Source: Octopus vulgaris (lineage: Eukaryota). From it: a DNA stretch of 64,000 bases. The position numbers were made by a program, and so were the translations under genes. The notes under the pieces were generated by a model. That model was given only the letters and a program-made list of their open reading frames with translations, made no database searches and had not been told where the DNA came from. Shown in pieces: positions 1 through 13,020 of this stretch. Location of the stretch: NCBI GenBank assembly GCA_951406725.2, contig OX597832.1:868001-932000 (forward strand), read 5' to 3'. How positions within the stretch are numbered: the first letter of the stretch is position 1; each line of letters begins with the position of its first letter.

Positions 1-2343
1 GGAAAGCTCGAAGAATGGTGCGTTGGAGACGTAGGGTCGTGGGGTGGTAAGTGAGAGGAAAAGGGAGGCGGGAGACTACAGGGCGGGTTCGGGGAGAGAG
101 AGCAGATACACGGTCCACGGACCGTGCTCTGGCAAGGGCGGTGTGGATAGTGGTGAGGGGGTATCCACGTAGGGTGAAGTGGTGAGCCATACGTTGAGAC
201 TGAGTCTCAAAGTCATGGTCGTCACTACAGAGCCTACGTAGACGGAGGAATTGGGAATAGGGGATGGAAAGCTTGGTGTGTTCTGGGTGGGAGGAAGAGA
301 AGTTGAGGTATGAGTGTGAGTCTGTGTGTTTGTAGTGAATGGAGGTGGTAAGAGTGGAGTGAAGAATGCTAACCGAAATGTCGAGGAAGGAGACAGAGGT
401 GTTGGAGATAGTGGAAGTGAAGTGGAGGGCTGGATGGAAAGATTGGACGAAAGAGAGGAAGGAATCTAGATGTTCACGGGAGAGTGAGGTGGCACCGATA
501 ATGTCGTCAATGTAACGACCATATAGTTCAGGAGTGGGACCAGTGAAATTAGAGAATATTTGGGCCTCAACATAGCCAACGAACAGGTTCGCATAGTTGG
601 GGCCCATTCGCGTTCCCATGGCCACTCCCGAGATCTGATGGTAGAACTCGCCCGCGAACGAGAAGCAGTTCAGAGTAAGGACAAGTTCGGCCAGACGAAT
701 GAGTGTGGAGGTGTCAGGTACAGGGTTAGAGCGGAGGTCAAGAAAGTGTCTAAGGGCCTGCAGTCCTTCGTGGTGAGGGATAACAGTATAGAGGCTTTGG
801 ATTTTGGAGGAGCCGGGAGGAAAGGAGAAAGAGTTGAAAAGCCGGAGAGCATGGTTGGTATCGTGGATGTGGGAGGGAAGAGATGCCACTAGGGGGGCAA
901 GGACACGGTCGAGGTATTTAGAGATGAGCTCCGTGGGGCAGTTACAGGCGGAGACGATGGGGCGGCCAGGGTTGTTGGGTTTGTGGATTTGGGGGAGGAA
1001 GTAAATGGTGGGGGTACGTGGGGTTCGCACAATTAGGTTGGATGTGGTGCGGGGGAGACGGGAGGACGAGATGAGGTCGCGGACAGTAGAGGATACCGTC
1101 TGTTGGTAGCTACGTGTGGGGTTAGAGGGCAGAGGGGAATAGAAGGAGGTGTCATTGAGTTGGCGGAAAGCCTCAGCCCTATAGAGGTCCGCGCGCCACA
1201 CCACTACAGCTCCACCCTTGTCAGCCGGTTTGATGATAATGTCAGCGCGCCGTTGGAGGGAACGAAGAGCCAAGAGCTCAGCCGGGGAGATGTTGAGGCG
1301 GCGTTGGCGCCTGGAGAAGTTGAACCGCTCCAATGCACGCTGACAAGCGCCCGCGAAAAGATCCACTGCTAGGATCTGGCCAGGGGCAGGCGTCCACGGG
1401 GATGGTCGGCGGCCCAGGCCAGTGAAGCAGTCCTCTTCGTTGGGTGTGGGTGGCGAGTCGTAGTAATGCGCACCCAACCGGACACGGCGCACAAAGCTGT
1501 GGACATCAACTCGCGTCTGGAATTCCTTACAGGATGGAGTGAGGGGGATGAAACGCAGACCCCTACCAAGGACGGAGCGTTTAGCCGCAGAGAGGGGAAG
1601 ATCGGGGGGAATGGTAACAACAGACGGAAGTGGAGAAGGGGTGGGTGGAATAGAAGTAGGAGGGGTGGTAGGTCTCGTGGAGGTCTGAGGGGGAGGGATT
1701 GGGGAGGTGTGTGGGGGTGGTTGGGAGGGGCAGTAGGGTTAGGTGTAGGTGGATGGAGCCTATTGGGAGGGGAGAAGGGTTTGTAGGGAGGGGCAGTGGG
1801 GTTAGGTGTGGGTGGATGGAGCCTATCGGGAGGGGAGAAGGGTGGTGGAGGAGTTGGGGTAGTGGCGTCGGGTAGGGTGGAATGGAAGAGTGATTGGAGT
1901 TTACGAAGTTTGGTATCAGAAAAAAATTGATGGAAGAGTTGATTCAAATGGATAGTGAAGCGTAGCGTGTTTGGAGCATAGAGAGGCGGCAGAGAGGAGA
2001 AGAAGGTGGAGAAAGCAGGAGGAAGAAGGCGGTTGATGGCATGTAGTTTAGAGAGATTGGAGCGAATGGTGGCCCGCATAAGGCGGTAAGATGTGGTGCG
2101 GAGTATGGGTAAGATGGAAGAATCCGAGTGGAGAGCAGGGTGGAAGTGGAGGCGGAAACCTTTAGGGATGAGTCGGTGATGTAGGCAGCGGCTTAGGAAA
2201 GAGACATGGCTAGAGAAGCGGGTTTTTTTAAAAAGAAGTAGAGAGAGATTAACGGACGGCTGAAGGCAATATACAGGAAGGGAACGGAGATGATCCTTCA
2301 AACGGTGATGGAGGGTGAGGAGGTAGGACCTAGGATCCGGCAT
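1..2343 (-). mobile_element. Penelope-like element (Neptune-like) ORF, N-terminus to RT/thumb, frameshifted; runs off the window start
   Basis: Reverse complement is closely similar to 53141-55550. Starts MPDPRSYLLTLHHRLKD (ATG 2343-2341). RT motifs IIKPADKGGAVVVW, GVAMGTRMGPNYANLF and RYIDD are readable on the minus strand. Confidence 0.92.
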
Positions 2344-2482
2344 GATGGGATAGCGGAAAAAAACAAACGTTCGAAAAAACAAAAAAAAACAAAAAACAAA
2401 AAATTATCGTATGAAAAAAATAGAAAAAAGGATAGCGAAAAAAGGGGAAAAAACAAACGTTCAAAAAAACAAAAAAATAATA

Positions 2483-3011
2483 TTTAATGTATATAGATTA
2501 AATTATAGTATTTTAGTTTTCACTTAAAGTATATTTTATATTATATATATATATATTTGTTTTAATTTAATTAATTGTTTTTCATTTTCTAGTAATGGCA
2601 TATAATAGTTTGTTATCCTTTTCTTATATAAGTTAAAAATTTTATTTTTATAATAAATATTTATACCTATTTATTCTATTTTTAGTTACACCAGAATATA
2701 TTTGTTAAGATATTTCGTATTTTACAAGATTATATACCTTTATTTAATTATTTAATAATTTTACTGTTTTTTAACTTTGACCTGAAGAGTGGCTATATTT
2801 AAATTAAATTGATTTTGTTGTTATCAGTTCTTAAATATAGCCACGAAACACGTGTAGTCATTTTACCAAATACATACATTTTATTTATTATTTTGTACGT
2901 TACTTAATCATAGGTATATAATTTTTCTCTATAGGATGTTATTTTTTTCTATATGGTATAATTAAATTTTTTCATTGTTGAATTGATAAAAGGTGTTTTT
3001 TCCAATTTATA

Positions 3012-3072
<61 letters not shown>

Positions 3073-3204
3073 TATTATATTATATTATATTATATTATAT
3101 TATATTATATTATATTATATCATATTATATTTTGTGAGATTTGATTTAGTATTTCTAAATTGAAATTTTCCCTGAAAGTTTGGAATAATATTCCCTAATA
3201 TTAT
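2483..3204 (+). mobile_element. AT-rich PLE pseudo-LTR / 3' end remnant carrying the 2778 hammerhead
   Basis: Contains an HHR. The end at 3150-3204 (ttttccctgaaagtttggaataatattccctaatattat) resembles the reverse complement of 9379-9415. Internal (TA)n and (TATTA)n tracts. Confidence 0.5.
2778..2860 (+). ncRNA. Type I hammerhead ribozyme, canonical core
   Basis: TGAC (stem I), CTGAAGA, then a 14-bp stem II GTGGCTATATTTAA...TTAAATATAGCCAC, GAAA, CACGTG (palindromic stem III/loop), TA|GTCA (stem I'). Predicted cleavage after GUA at 2856. Confidence 0.88.
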
Positions 3205-3214
3205 TGTGTGTGTG

Positions 3215-4315
3215 TTTGTAAATATATGTGACAATTATTCGGTAGCCATGATAAAACCCCAAGTTTTGGATGTCTGGGCGGAAAAAATGCTATGAAAACG
3301 ACCGTTAAACAAAAAAAATTACTGTGATTCACCGTTATTAAGACAAAAGAGCTATTAGAATGACCACTAAGGGGAGGGAGTAAAGGTAAGGGAGTAAAAA
3401 TGTTCATAGTAATCGTGTAAGCTCGTATGTCCATACATACACATGCGCGCCCGCACTCCCACGTACATGCGCTTATATGTATATACTCATCCACCCTCAC
3501 TTGAAACACACACATGCACACCCACACATTCGCCAAAAAATATATATTCATACCCGCATACATGCTCGCACACACACACGCGCACAAAAAAGGTTCTTTC
3601 ACACGTCTATATACACACATGCACAAGACAAAACAGGGAAAATCAGGAAAAAACCGTCTATAGACGTGTGTATAAACCTTTTTTGTGCGTGTGGGGGGTA
3701 TATAGACGTGTGCGGGTTTATGCGTATATAGACGTGTGTGTGCGTGCATGCGAGTATGTGAGTATATAGACGTGTTGCTTACTTTTGTTGCTTACTTTTG
3801 TTGCTTACTCTTGTTGCTTACTTTTTACACTTTTTTTTACACATTTTTCTGTATTTTGCCTTTAGCGCTGTTTTTCTTGTGCATATGCGTATATAAACGT
3901 GTGTATGAACTTTTTTGTGCGAGCGTGTATGCGGGTATGAATATATATTTTTTGGCGAATGTGTGGGTGAGCATGTGTGTGTTTCAAGTGAGAGTGGTTG
4001 AGTATATACATATAGGCGCATGTACGTGGGTGTGCGGGCATGCATGTGTATGTATGGACATGCGCGCTCACACGATTACTATGAACATTTTTACTCCATT
4101 ACCTTTACTCCCTCCCCTTACTTAGCGGTCATTCTAATAGCTCTTTTGTCTTAATAACGGTCAATCACACAGTAATTTCCCTTTGTTTCACGGTCATTTT
4201 CATAGCGTCTTTTGCGATGGCCCGATAACTTAAGAGATGCCGGCGTGGGTTTCCGCCCCAACATCCGAAACTCGAGGTTTTATCATGGCTACCGACTAAT
4301 TGTCACATTTACAAA
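3215..4315. mobile_element. Fold-back/MITE-like element with about 420-bp imperfect terminal inverted repeats
   Basis: 3215-3640 is the reverse complement of about 3866-4315 (e.g. tgtgacaattattcggtagccatgataaaac / gttttatcatggctaccgactaattgtcaca). About 220-bp spacer, no transposase ORF. Confidence 0.75.
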
Positions 4316-6812
4316 TAAATTCCTCTATTTACATAATATCGAGGTCTCTTTCATTCCTTTGTTGTCTTGCCATTTCTGTCAATATATATATAGCGGCGTA
4401 CGTAAACCCTTGTGCTCACCTTATAGTAGGTATTTATCTAAATTTTGTACGACTCTTACTTCATCTTTTATTCCACCTCTAATTTTTCTTCTGTTTTCTC
4501 GCTCCCCATCTCTCACATTTCCTGACCCTCTCTTATTGCTGAGGGTTTGACGATAATGATCCTAATCGTGAACATAAAATATATAATTGCACTCAGTTCC
4601 TATACTGAACTGTAAAAAGAAATGAGTCATAAACAATGAATAACTTTGGCTAAATTTTTACTCCTTCAAGCTGATAGATAATAAATATTGTCCCTCATCT
4701 TCCTAGTAACACTCATTCCACACAATAGTCAACATCTCTTGTGGTAAGAAAGTACTCTTATTAATTCCCTGATATATTCTGCTTGAAATGTTTTTGTGTT
4801 TTTATCTATCTATATTGTACTGTGTGGGTTTTAAAATAGTTGTTTTCATGTGTAAAGGTGATCATGTTGCTTATTCTCTGTTGTTTTCTTGTGTTTTTTT
4901 TTCAAAAATGTCTGTTGGATCACAATCTTACTTGATAATTTGAAAATCAATAAGAAAATTAATTTCATATTACAGAATTTTGCATTATGGCCAGATTTTC
5001 AAGAATGCATTACTTCTGTAAAGCAAGGGATTCCTGTATATATAAAATCATGACTATTTTTGGGAGTCAATTGCTTTTGTATAGAAACACTGTTATTCAA
5101 ATACTGAGACTTCAGTTGTTATGAGTGACCTCGACCACCTAGGTGGGACTTGGCTAGTCTGTTTAAGTTGATACCATTTTATTTTCAAGCCATCAAAACA
5201 ACCTCTTCATGCAGGCATTTACATCTTTTTATAAACATGAATACAATGCAGGTGGCACACTTCTTAGAGACACAATTATAAGCATTATATTTTAAAAGTG
5301 TTGTTTCTATCCTCAAATATTGAGTAAACATTCTAAATATACTTAAGATTTTGATATAAAAGTATAATGCTATTTGGCTGAGTGTCACATGCTTATGCCT
5401 GAGAGACCCCAAACTGGAACATAATAGTAATCAGTTAAACATGACATTGACATGGTTCACTTGTTTTATAATGTTAGTGAAGTGTAGTAATGACATCATA
5501 TCTCATGATATGGAAACAATGCAGTGAAACCGAGCAGCTATTTATAGAAATCTGAGCAGGATGTAAATTTCTATTTGCATTTGTGTATATTCCTAAACAG
5601 GTTATAAATGTAATACCACAATCGCCAACAACAATAGTTACATCAATGGCACCAGAATAAGCTGTCAAGAAAGGTATGTATGTCACTCACTCAGCTAGAA
5701 ATTACAACTAAATCTCTTTCATAGATATAGATTATACTCTATAGTTACATTATATCTGAAATAAAAACAAGTTGGTCAACGGTGAAATATATTTGGTTCC
5801 ATCCTTGTAAGACCTACATCTGCCAGGTTAAGGCAGATCTGATAATAATAGTGTCAACTGGAACTGAAGATGACAAGAATGAAAATGATGAGGGAGATTA
5901 CAAAAATTGTTTATAACACAGGTTTGAAGTTAACATTTTTAGAAGAGGTAACAGGGAGTCTGTAATGCTTATCTTTTCCAAGATCCTGGAGTGACATAGT
6001 TAAGAGTAAGAATCAAGAATATTGAATAAGTTTATCTTAACTTGGATAAATATCAATTTCCTGCCCTTGCCAATACTTGAAATTGATACAAGTTTGTATA
6101 TTCAAGGTGTACTACTAAGAAACTTTCTATATACATTCTCACTAGTGTTTATAAACACAACATATAATTATGTTCTATTTATGTACCTGATTTGTATAAT
6201 ATGTCAGTTATTTAATAATATTTTTCAGAACTTTATCATTCATTGTTACATAAGGTTGAATTTTCCTAATCTTCTTGTACATTTATTTGGATGGTTTAAT
6301 GTACCTTGAGTACATATCAAGGTTATATAATAAAATCCATAATGGTAATTTTGGTTGTTTTCGAAGAAAACATTAGGTTTAAGTAAATTTTAAAATGTTA
6401 CCTGTTGAAAATTGCAGAGAAAATTAATCAAATCACCTTAAAGTCATGTATTGCACACAATATACATTAGGAAACAAAATATTTTCTTTAATTTTTCCTG
6501 GGCAGTAAGAATTATTTCATTATTTGTATATGCTTAAGATGCATGAAAAGTTACTCTCTTCAAAGTGTGCTTTTGGTACTTTGATAATGATATTTTGAAT
6601 TTACCTGTTTTCCAGCTGAGTAGCAAATGGACAATTTTCTCAAACTTTACATGTTAAAAGGGTACATATTTCTGCACAATATTTATTGTTTAACTGAAAA
6701 GCAACATTAGCGGAACTACTTACTCATTCAGATATGACAATGGTAAAACATGTGTATGGTTATCTTAGCCCTGAATTTTGAAAATGAACTACAGTGAATA
6801 ATTTATAATTAG

Positions 6813-6885
6813 TTACTCTTTACTCTTACTCTTACTCTTACTTGTTTCAGTCATTTGACTGCGGCCATGCTGGAGCACCGCCTTT
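6813..6885 (-). mobile_element. SINE 3' tail fragment
   Basis: cttgtttcagtcatttgactgcggccatgctggagcaccgccttt, identical to the SINE tail at 29742-29786. Confidence 0.85.
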
Positions 6886-8519
6886 AAGTTAACATGGATT
6901 TGAAATGTGAACTCATTTCTTATCCTATAAATGTTTCTCTCAAAATTTATATGGCTATTGAAACATAACTGATTCCACTTGGCAGAGTTTACTGTGAGTT
7001 AGTATAGAGGATGATCATGTTCTGAGACACATTTACAATGTATAAGGCAACTGTTGTGCCTACTTTTCAGTACAGCCTTGAAATGCATAAAACTGGAAAC
7101 ATACTACAATAGATTTTAGAAGAAAATGATCTGCTATATCCAATGGCAGAATGTCTCTGATCATGTTGTGTGAATAGTGGATTATCAGGTGCTCAAATAA
7201 CTGTTGTACTCAAGGCTGAACAAAAGAATATACATGCAAAATGAACAAAGAAGTGGTTCAAAGATATATTTAACCTTTTTCATATCAACCCACCTGAGAC
7301 CACTCTTGCTCTTATGATGCAAAGGAATTTAAATTAAATCCCCCAATCAAATCTTCGTTCTCATTTATGTTCCAAACACTTTAATAAAAACACTTTAATA
7401 AAAACAAACTTTGTTTTACTAATTTCTTTGTTATTTCAAAATTAAATCTGAAGGTCACAACCAACCCCAATAACAACCACAATACACACACACATGCTTT
7501 TTGAAGAACAATAGTTCTTGAAGCATACCACATAAAGCTATGAAGGGTATTTGATATGAATGGTATTTAAAAAGAATTATTTCATATTCTCTAGAAAGTT
7601 TATAAAATTCTTATGATGTCAACAATATATATACATATATATGTAATCCAAAAAATAAATGGAATGGAGCAGGTAGAATATTGGCTACAATTGTTTCATA
7701 ACTTGCTGATGTTCAATTATGTAAGTTATTATGCAACAAAAGCTCCTCAGCATAGCTGGTTGTAAGGGTAAGACACCTTGACAAAGTTTACATTGTTGCA
7801 GGAAGTAAAGAAATAGAAAATCTACAGGCTAGCTACAGACAATGGCCAGTCAAACAAGACAGAAAAGGAAAACAAAGACTCTCCCTGGAACCACTTCATT
7901 TCTCACATTTTCTATATATTGTCCATTAGTGTCTTAATTTCTAATGAATGTCCCTTTCACCTCCACTCTTACCCTGTACACTCTCCCATTCTGCCAAGGG
8001 CAGCCCCTATCCATTACTGTTGTTCATCTCCCACTATTTCCACTCCTATGTGCCTCTGACCTTGCCTCTAACACTTGTACATCTCTTTCACACTACTCAT
8101 ACTTCATATGACCTTTGCTGCCACCTATCACCTACATGTCTCAATTATATTTCTTCCAATTGCTCCCCTCCAAATTGATATTCATCATTGACCCTATCTC
8201 TTCTCTTGATTACCATTCACTACATTCACCTCTATGCCCTAATATCTCTTCACCATCTTTCATTTTTCAACTAGGATACCCATGTGTTTCCGTTTGTGCA
8301 AGAAACCTGTTTCTATCCATTTATCATACTTTAACCTTGAATCACCTGGCATAAAGCTACCTCTGTCAATACTACATCCCACCTTCTGTTGAGGAGCTTT
8401 GTCTTGTGAGTTACTAAGTGACCTTACAAGTGTCAATGACATGTAAAAACACCAAACAATGATGATGATGAGGAGGAGGATAGACAGGTAGATAGATATA
8501 CATATGTATGTGTGTGTGC

Positions 8520-8558
<39 letters not shown>

Positions 8559-8559
<1 letters not shown>

Positions 8560-8740
8560 CATCATCATCATCATCATAATCATCATCATTTAGCATCTGT
8601 TGTCCATGCTGGTATGGGTTGGACAGTTTGACCAGGGCTGGGAAGCTGGAAGGTTGCACCAGATTCCAGTCTGATATGGCATGGTTTATACAGCTGGATA
8701 CTCTTCCTAACACCAACCACTTTGAGAGTGTAATGGGTGG
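8559..8740 (-). mobile_element. RTE-type LINE/SINE 3' end with (GAT)n tail
   Basis: Similar to the reverse complement of 29490-29657, the 3' end of the RTE fragment. Ends in (CAT)n on the plus strand. Confidence 0.7.
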
Positions 8741-9070
8741 ATGTAAGCCACATTTATTATTTAAAATGTTAACTTTATCATTTATGAAATCAGCATGAGA
8801 TTTCTACAGTAAATCTTACAAACTGACAGGGCGAACCAACTTAACCCTATGTGGCCAGGTAAGAACATTGAAATAAATGATCTGGCTATGCCCCAGATGC
8901 TGTAGGGAGCATGTCAGTCATAAGATAAGAACTTTATTGTAGCTAAGAGTTGTTTTAAATCTTATTTTTAGCAATGCTGATGCTTACTAGTAACCGTAGT
9001 CATTTTAGTGATGCCTGTAGTTCTGCCTTATGGTTGTAAGTTACTAATAAACCATCTTTATTATATATGT

Positions 9071-9135
<65 letters not shown>

Positions 9136-9136
9136 C

Positions 9137-9360
9137 ATAGTTAATCTAAACATGAAAGCACAAAAAAACACAACAACGTGAGGACGTGGAACAAATATAG
9201 TATTATTGGACGCTCAGGAAAGAAGAAAAGAACTGTCCAACCCATACCAGCATGGACAACAGATGCGGAGCTCTTCGTCGGAAACATAGGAGAAGGAAAG
9301 ATCCAGAGACGGGAAGACAGAGGAAAAAATCGCCAACGGTACACAAGCGGTCACATTTTG
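9137..9360 (-). mobile_element. PLE pseudo-LTR-like repeat with a disrupted hammerhead
   Basis: Reverse complement of 10700-10890, except the 3' half of the HHR is replaced by 9231-9266. Flanked by (TA)n. Confidence 0.75.
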
Positions 9361-9459
9361 AATATATATATATATATATAATATTAGGGAATAAATCCAA
9401 ACTTACAGGAAAAAATTAGATTTAGGATTAAATCCAATTTTATAGTATAAATATATTAT

Positions 9460-10044
9460 ATTATATTATATTAAATTAGAGATAAAACCACTATTAGGCA
9501 AATCAAACAGTGAAAAACATAAGCCAATACATAAAATTAATTTTAAAATATAAAATTTAAAAATAAAAAATTATTTAAATAATTTAAACTTATAAATTTT
9601 ATATATATATACAAATATATATATATGTATGTATGTATATTTTTATATTTATATATTATTTTATTTATTAATTAATTTATTTATTTATTTATTTTTTTTA
9701 ATATTTTTTTTTATTTTTATATATATCAAAAGTATAAAAAGTTTAATAAAAGATAAAGATAATAGCTACTAGGCTTACAAAGAATATCTTTTATTAAACT
9801 TTTAATACTTTTGATATATATAAAAAAAAAATTAATTAATTAATTAAATAATATATAAATATAAAAATATACATACATACATATATATATATATATTTGT
9901 ATATATATATAAAATTTATAAGTTTAAATCATTTAAATAATTTTTTATTTTTAACTTTTATATTTTTAAATTAATTTTATGTATTGGCTTATGTTTTTCA
10001 CTGTTTGATTTGCCTAATAGTGGTTTTATCTCTAATTTAATATA

Positions 10045-10050
<6 letters not shown>
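9460..10050. repeat. Long AT-rich inverted repeat (about 290-bp arms, about 30-bp loop)
   Basis: aattagagataaaaccactattaggcaaatcaaacagtgaaaaacataagcc at 9475 mirrors ggcttatgtttttcactgtttgatttgcctaatagtggttttatctctaatt at 9986. Arms converge on 9755-9784. Confidence 0.85.
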
Positions 10051-10077
<27 letters not shown>

Positions 10078-10093
10078 AATATATATATGTATA

Positions 10094-10485
10094 TACTCTT
10101 TTACACTTTTACTTGTTTCAGTCATACTGGCCATACTGGAGCACCGCCTTTAGTCGAGCAAATCGACCCCAGGACTTATTCTTTGTAAGCCTAGTACCTA
10201 TTCTGTGAGTCTCTTTTGCCGAACCGCTAAGTTACGGGGATGTAAACACAAAACCATCGGTTGTCAAGCGATGTTGGGGGACAAACACAGACACAAATAT
10301 ACACACACATATATATATATACATATATACGACAGGCTTCTTTCAGTTTCCATCTACCAAATCCACTCAGAAGGCTTTGGTTGGCTAGAGTAGAAGACAC
10401 TTGCCCAAGGTGCCATGCAGTAGGACTGAACCCAGAACCATGTGGTTCGTAAGCAAGCTACTTACCACACAGCCACTCCTACGCT
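10094..10485 (-). mobile_element. tRNA-derived SINE (octopus type), near full length
   Basis: Minus-strand head with A-box-like TGGCTGTGTGG and B-box-like GGTTCAGTCC, a CTTGGGCAAGTG core and a GGCGGTGCTCCAG...TGACTGAAACAAGT tail. Same family as 29730-30138. Confidence 0.9.
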
Positions 10486-10496
10486 TATATGTATAC

Positions 10497-10890
<394 letters not shown>

Positions 10891-10914
10891 ATATGTATAT
10901 GTATATATATAAAT

Positions 10915-11345
10915 ATAATCTGTTTTCTGTACATCTTCAGTGTTTATTGCCTCTGTGCATCTGCCAAACAAAAGAACTATCTTCCCGGTTAACCTTCCTT
11001 TGATACTGCTGCACCTCTTATGTGTCCATAGCCTACACTGGGTACATATTATGGAGTTTCTACCTACACCTTTTCTACAGATCAAGCAGGGCCATCTACC
11101 TGAAAGGGTTTGTGATTTTACTGCCTTCGTACTTACTAGGACTTTGGTTTTTGAAAGATTGACTCTAAGGCTCTTTGATCCTAGACCTTGCTTCCACACC
11201 TACAACTTCATCTCTAGTTCTGGTAGTGACTCAGCTATTAGAGGAGTTCTCAGGGGCAGCTTGTCTTAAATTTTTCTGTTATTGTCTGGAGGACTATGAT
11301 GAATAAGAGGGAGCTGAGGACTGATCTTTGGTGGAGATTACTATA
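10915..11345 (-). mobile_element. RTE-like LINE RT fragment
   Basis: WKQGLGSKSLRVNLSKTKVLVS...WPCLICRKGVGRNSIICTQCRLWTHKRCS, RT C-terminal part followed by a Cys-rich insert. Confidence 0.75.
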
Positions 11346-11403
11346 AATCTAATAATAGTGTTATTATTGATAATAATAATAAGAAGAATATTATTATTAT
11401 TAT

Positions 11404-12145
11404 TCTATGTTTGACTTTTGCTTTATGTTTGTACAAGTTGGCTCCAAGTCTCACCCAGAGACCTCAAGAGACAACAGGTTGGAAGTTCACATTGTTGTTA
11501 TGCCTAGTGTGCCATAAAGTTGGGTTTTTTTCTTGGTGTTGTACTAGTGAATGTCTAATAAATAAATTTTTAAAAAAAGTTTGTTTTAAACCTTGAGATT
11601 ACATAGAGAGTATTTTGCATAGGATATGAGCAGTTCCCATGAGCACTATCTTTTGAATTTCTGCCATTTTGGGGTTTCCTGGTATCTGAGTTAGGTAGCA
11701 ATCAGCCCCTTTCGTTATCATTCCCAGGGCACCTATGACAACAGGTATTGTTTTAGTCTTCAGGTTCCACATTTTGCTGATTTCTATTTCAAGATCTTTA
11801 TATTTGCTCAGTTTTTGGTAGGTCTTGACAGATACGTTTATATCGATTGGGACAGTCATATCAATGAGCAGGCATGTTCTTTGTCTGAAGTCTTTCAATA
11901 TGATGTCTGGCCTGTTTGCATCTATCTTTCTGTCAGTTTGAATGGTGAAGTTCCAGAGGAGTGAGATGTGGTCATTTTCAAGCACTGGAGGTGGATTGTG
12001 TTCCCACCAGTTTTTCATGGGGCAAATCCAGGTTTTTGCAAATTACCCAGTGAATATATTGTGCAGCTCTATCATGCCTGTTGAGGTACTCTGTAGGCAC
12101 TAGAAGACTGCACTTGGAGACAACATGATCAATGGTTTCATTTTG
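11404..12145 (-). mobile_element. R4/Dong-like non-LTR retrotransposon 3' fragment (restriction-like endonuclease)
   Basis: ORF 11599-12018 LWNFTIQTDRKIDANRPDIILKD...LIDMTVP...KLSKYKDL...IPVVIGALG. Flanked by (TTA)n on both sides. Confidence 0.88.
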
Positions 12146-12160
12146 TTATTATTATTATTG

Positions 12161-12240
<80 letters not shown>

Positions 12241-13020
12241 TGATTATTGTTTATGAAGTCATGAGCATAGACGTATGTATATGTTCTGGTATATATGTAT
12301 ATATATGTATAAGACGAATGGCCTATTTACTTGGACCTATTGTTTAATTGTATTTATTTATGTATTTATACACATGTAAAAGTATATATACTCTGCTTAT
12401 GTATGTATATATGTATATGTGTAAGTCTATATGGATATTTGTTCATATTTTATATATATTAAATTATACGTGCATCCTGTTTCATGTCTTAATATTTTTT
12501 ATAGTTCTTTATAATCTCTGACAACGCCTATGGTTATATATAAGTACCCTATTTTAAAATTTTATAATTGTATTCTTATCTTATATGTATTGAATTATAA
12601 TGTATATATGTATGCTATTAAGGTTCTCATTTTTCTTAAATGAATAAATAATTCAACATTCTAATATCCGAAAGCTGATGAACAAACTAAAATATTTCTC
12701 CCTTTTTCTTATTTGTATTATAAATTAATGGTAAAATATTTCTTTACCATCACCCATTTAATACAATAAATAAGTTAATTGCATTGCAATTAAAAACATT
12801 TGTGTATTAAGAATTTGGGTATTATACCAACAGTATATTGGATAAATATTATCCATTAGTGGGTTGGATCCATAACCCCTAACTTACTTGTTGTTATAAA
12901 ATTAATTATATGAGGAATATCTATTACTAATACTTGTATATGTATGAATTATCTATGCAATATTTGGAGTATTGCTAGTATAAGTGAATACATTTAAGTA
13001 TAGTATGATGATCCCTCAAA

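Noticed and set aside
560-1786. Plus-strand ORFs over the first PLE (and the minus-strand ORFs at 53577-55895)
   Set aside because: Antisense shadows of the C-rich PLE coding strand.
6605-6671. Minus-strand exon bounded by TGCAG and GTAAAT
   Set aside because: Stops in all three frames and no supporting neighbours.
12515-12685. Hammerhead upstream of the AT-rich PLE (CTGACAA ... CCGAAAGCTGATGA)
   Set aside because: No consistent stem I or stem II pairing in either arrangement.
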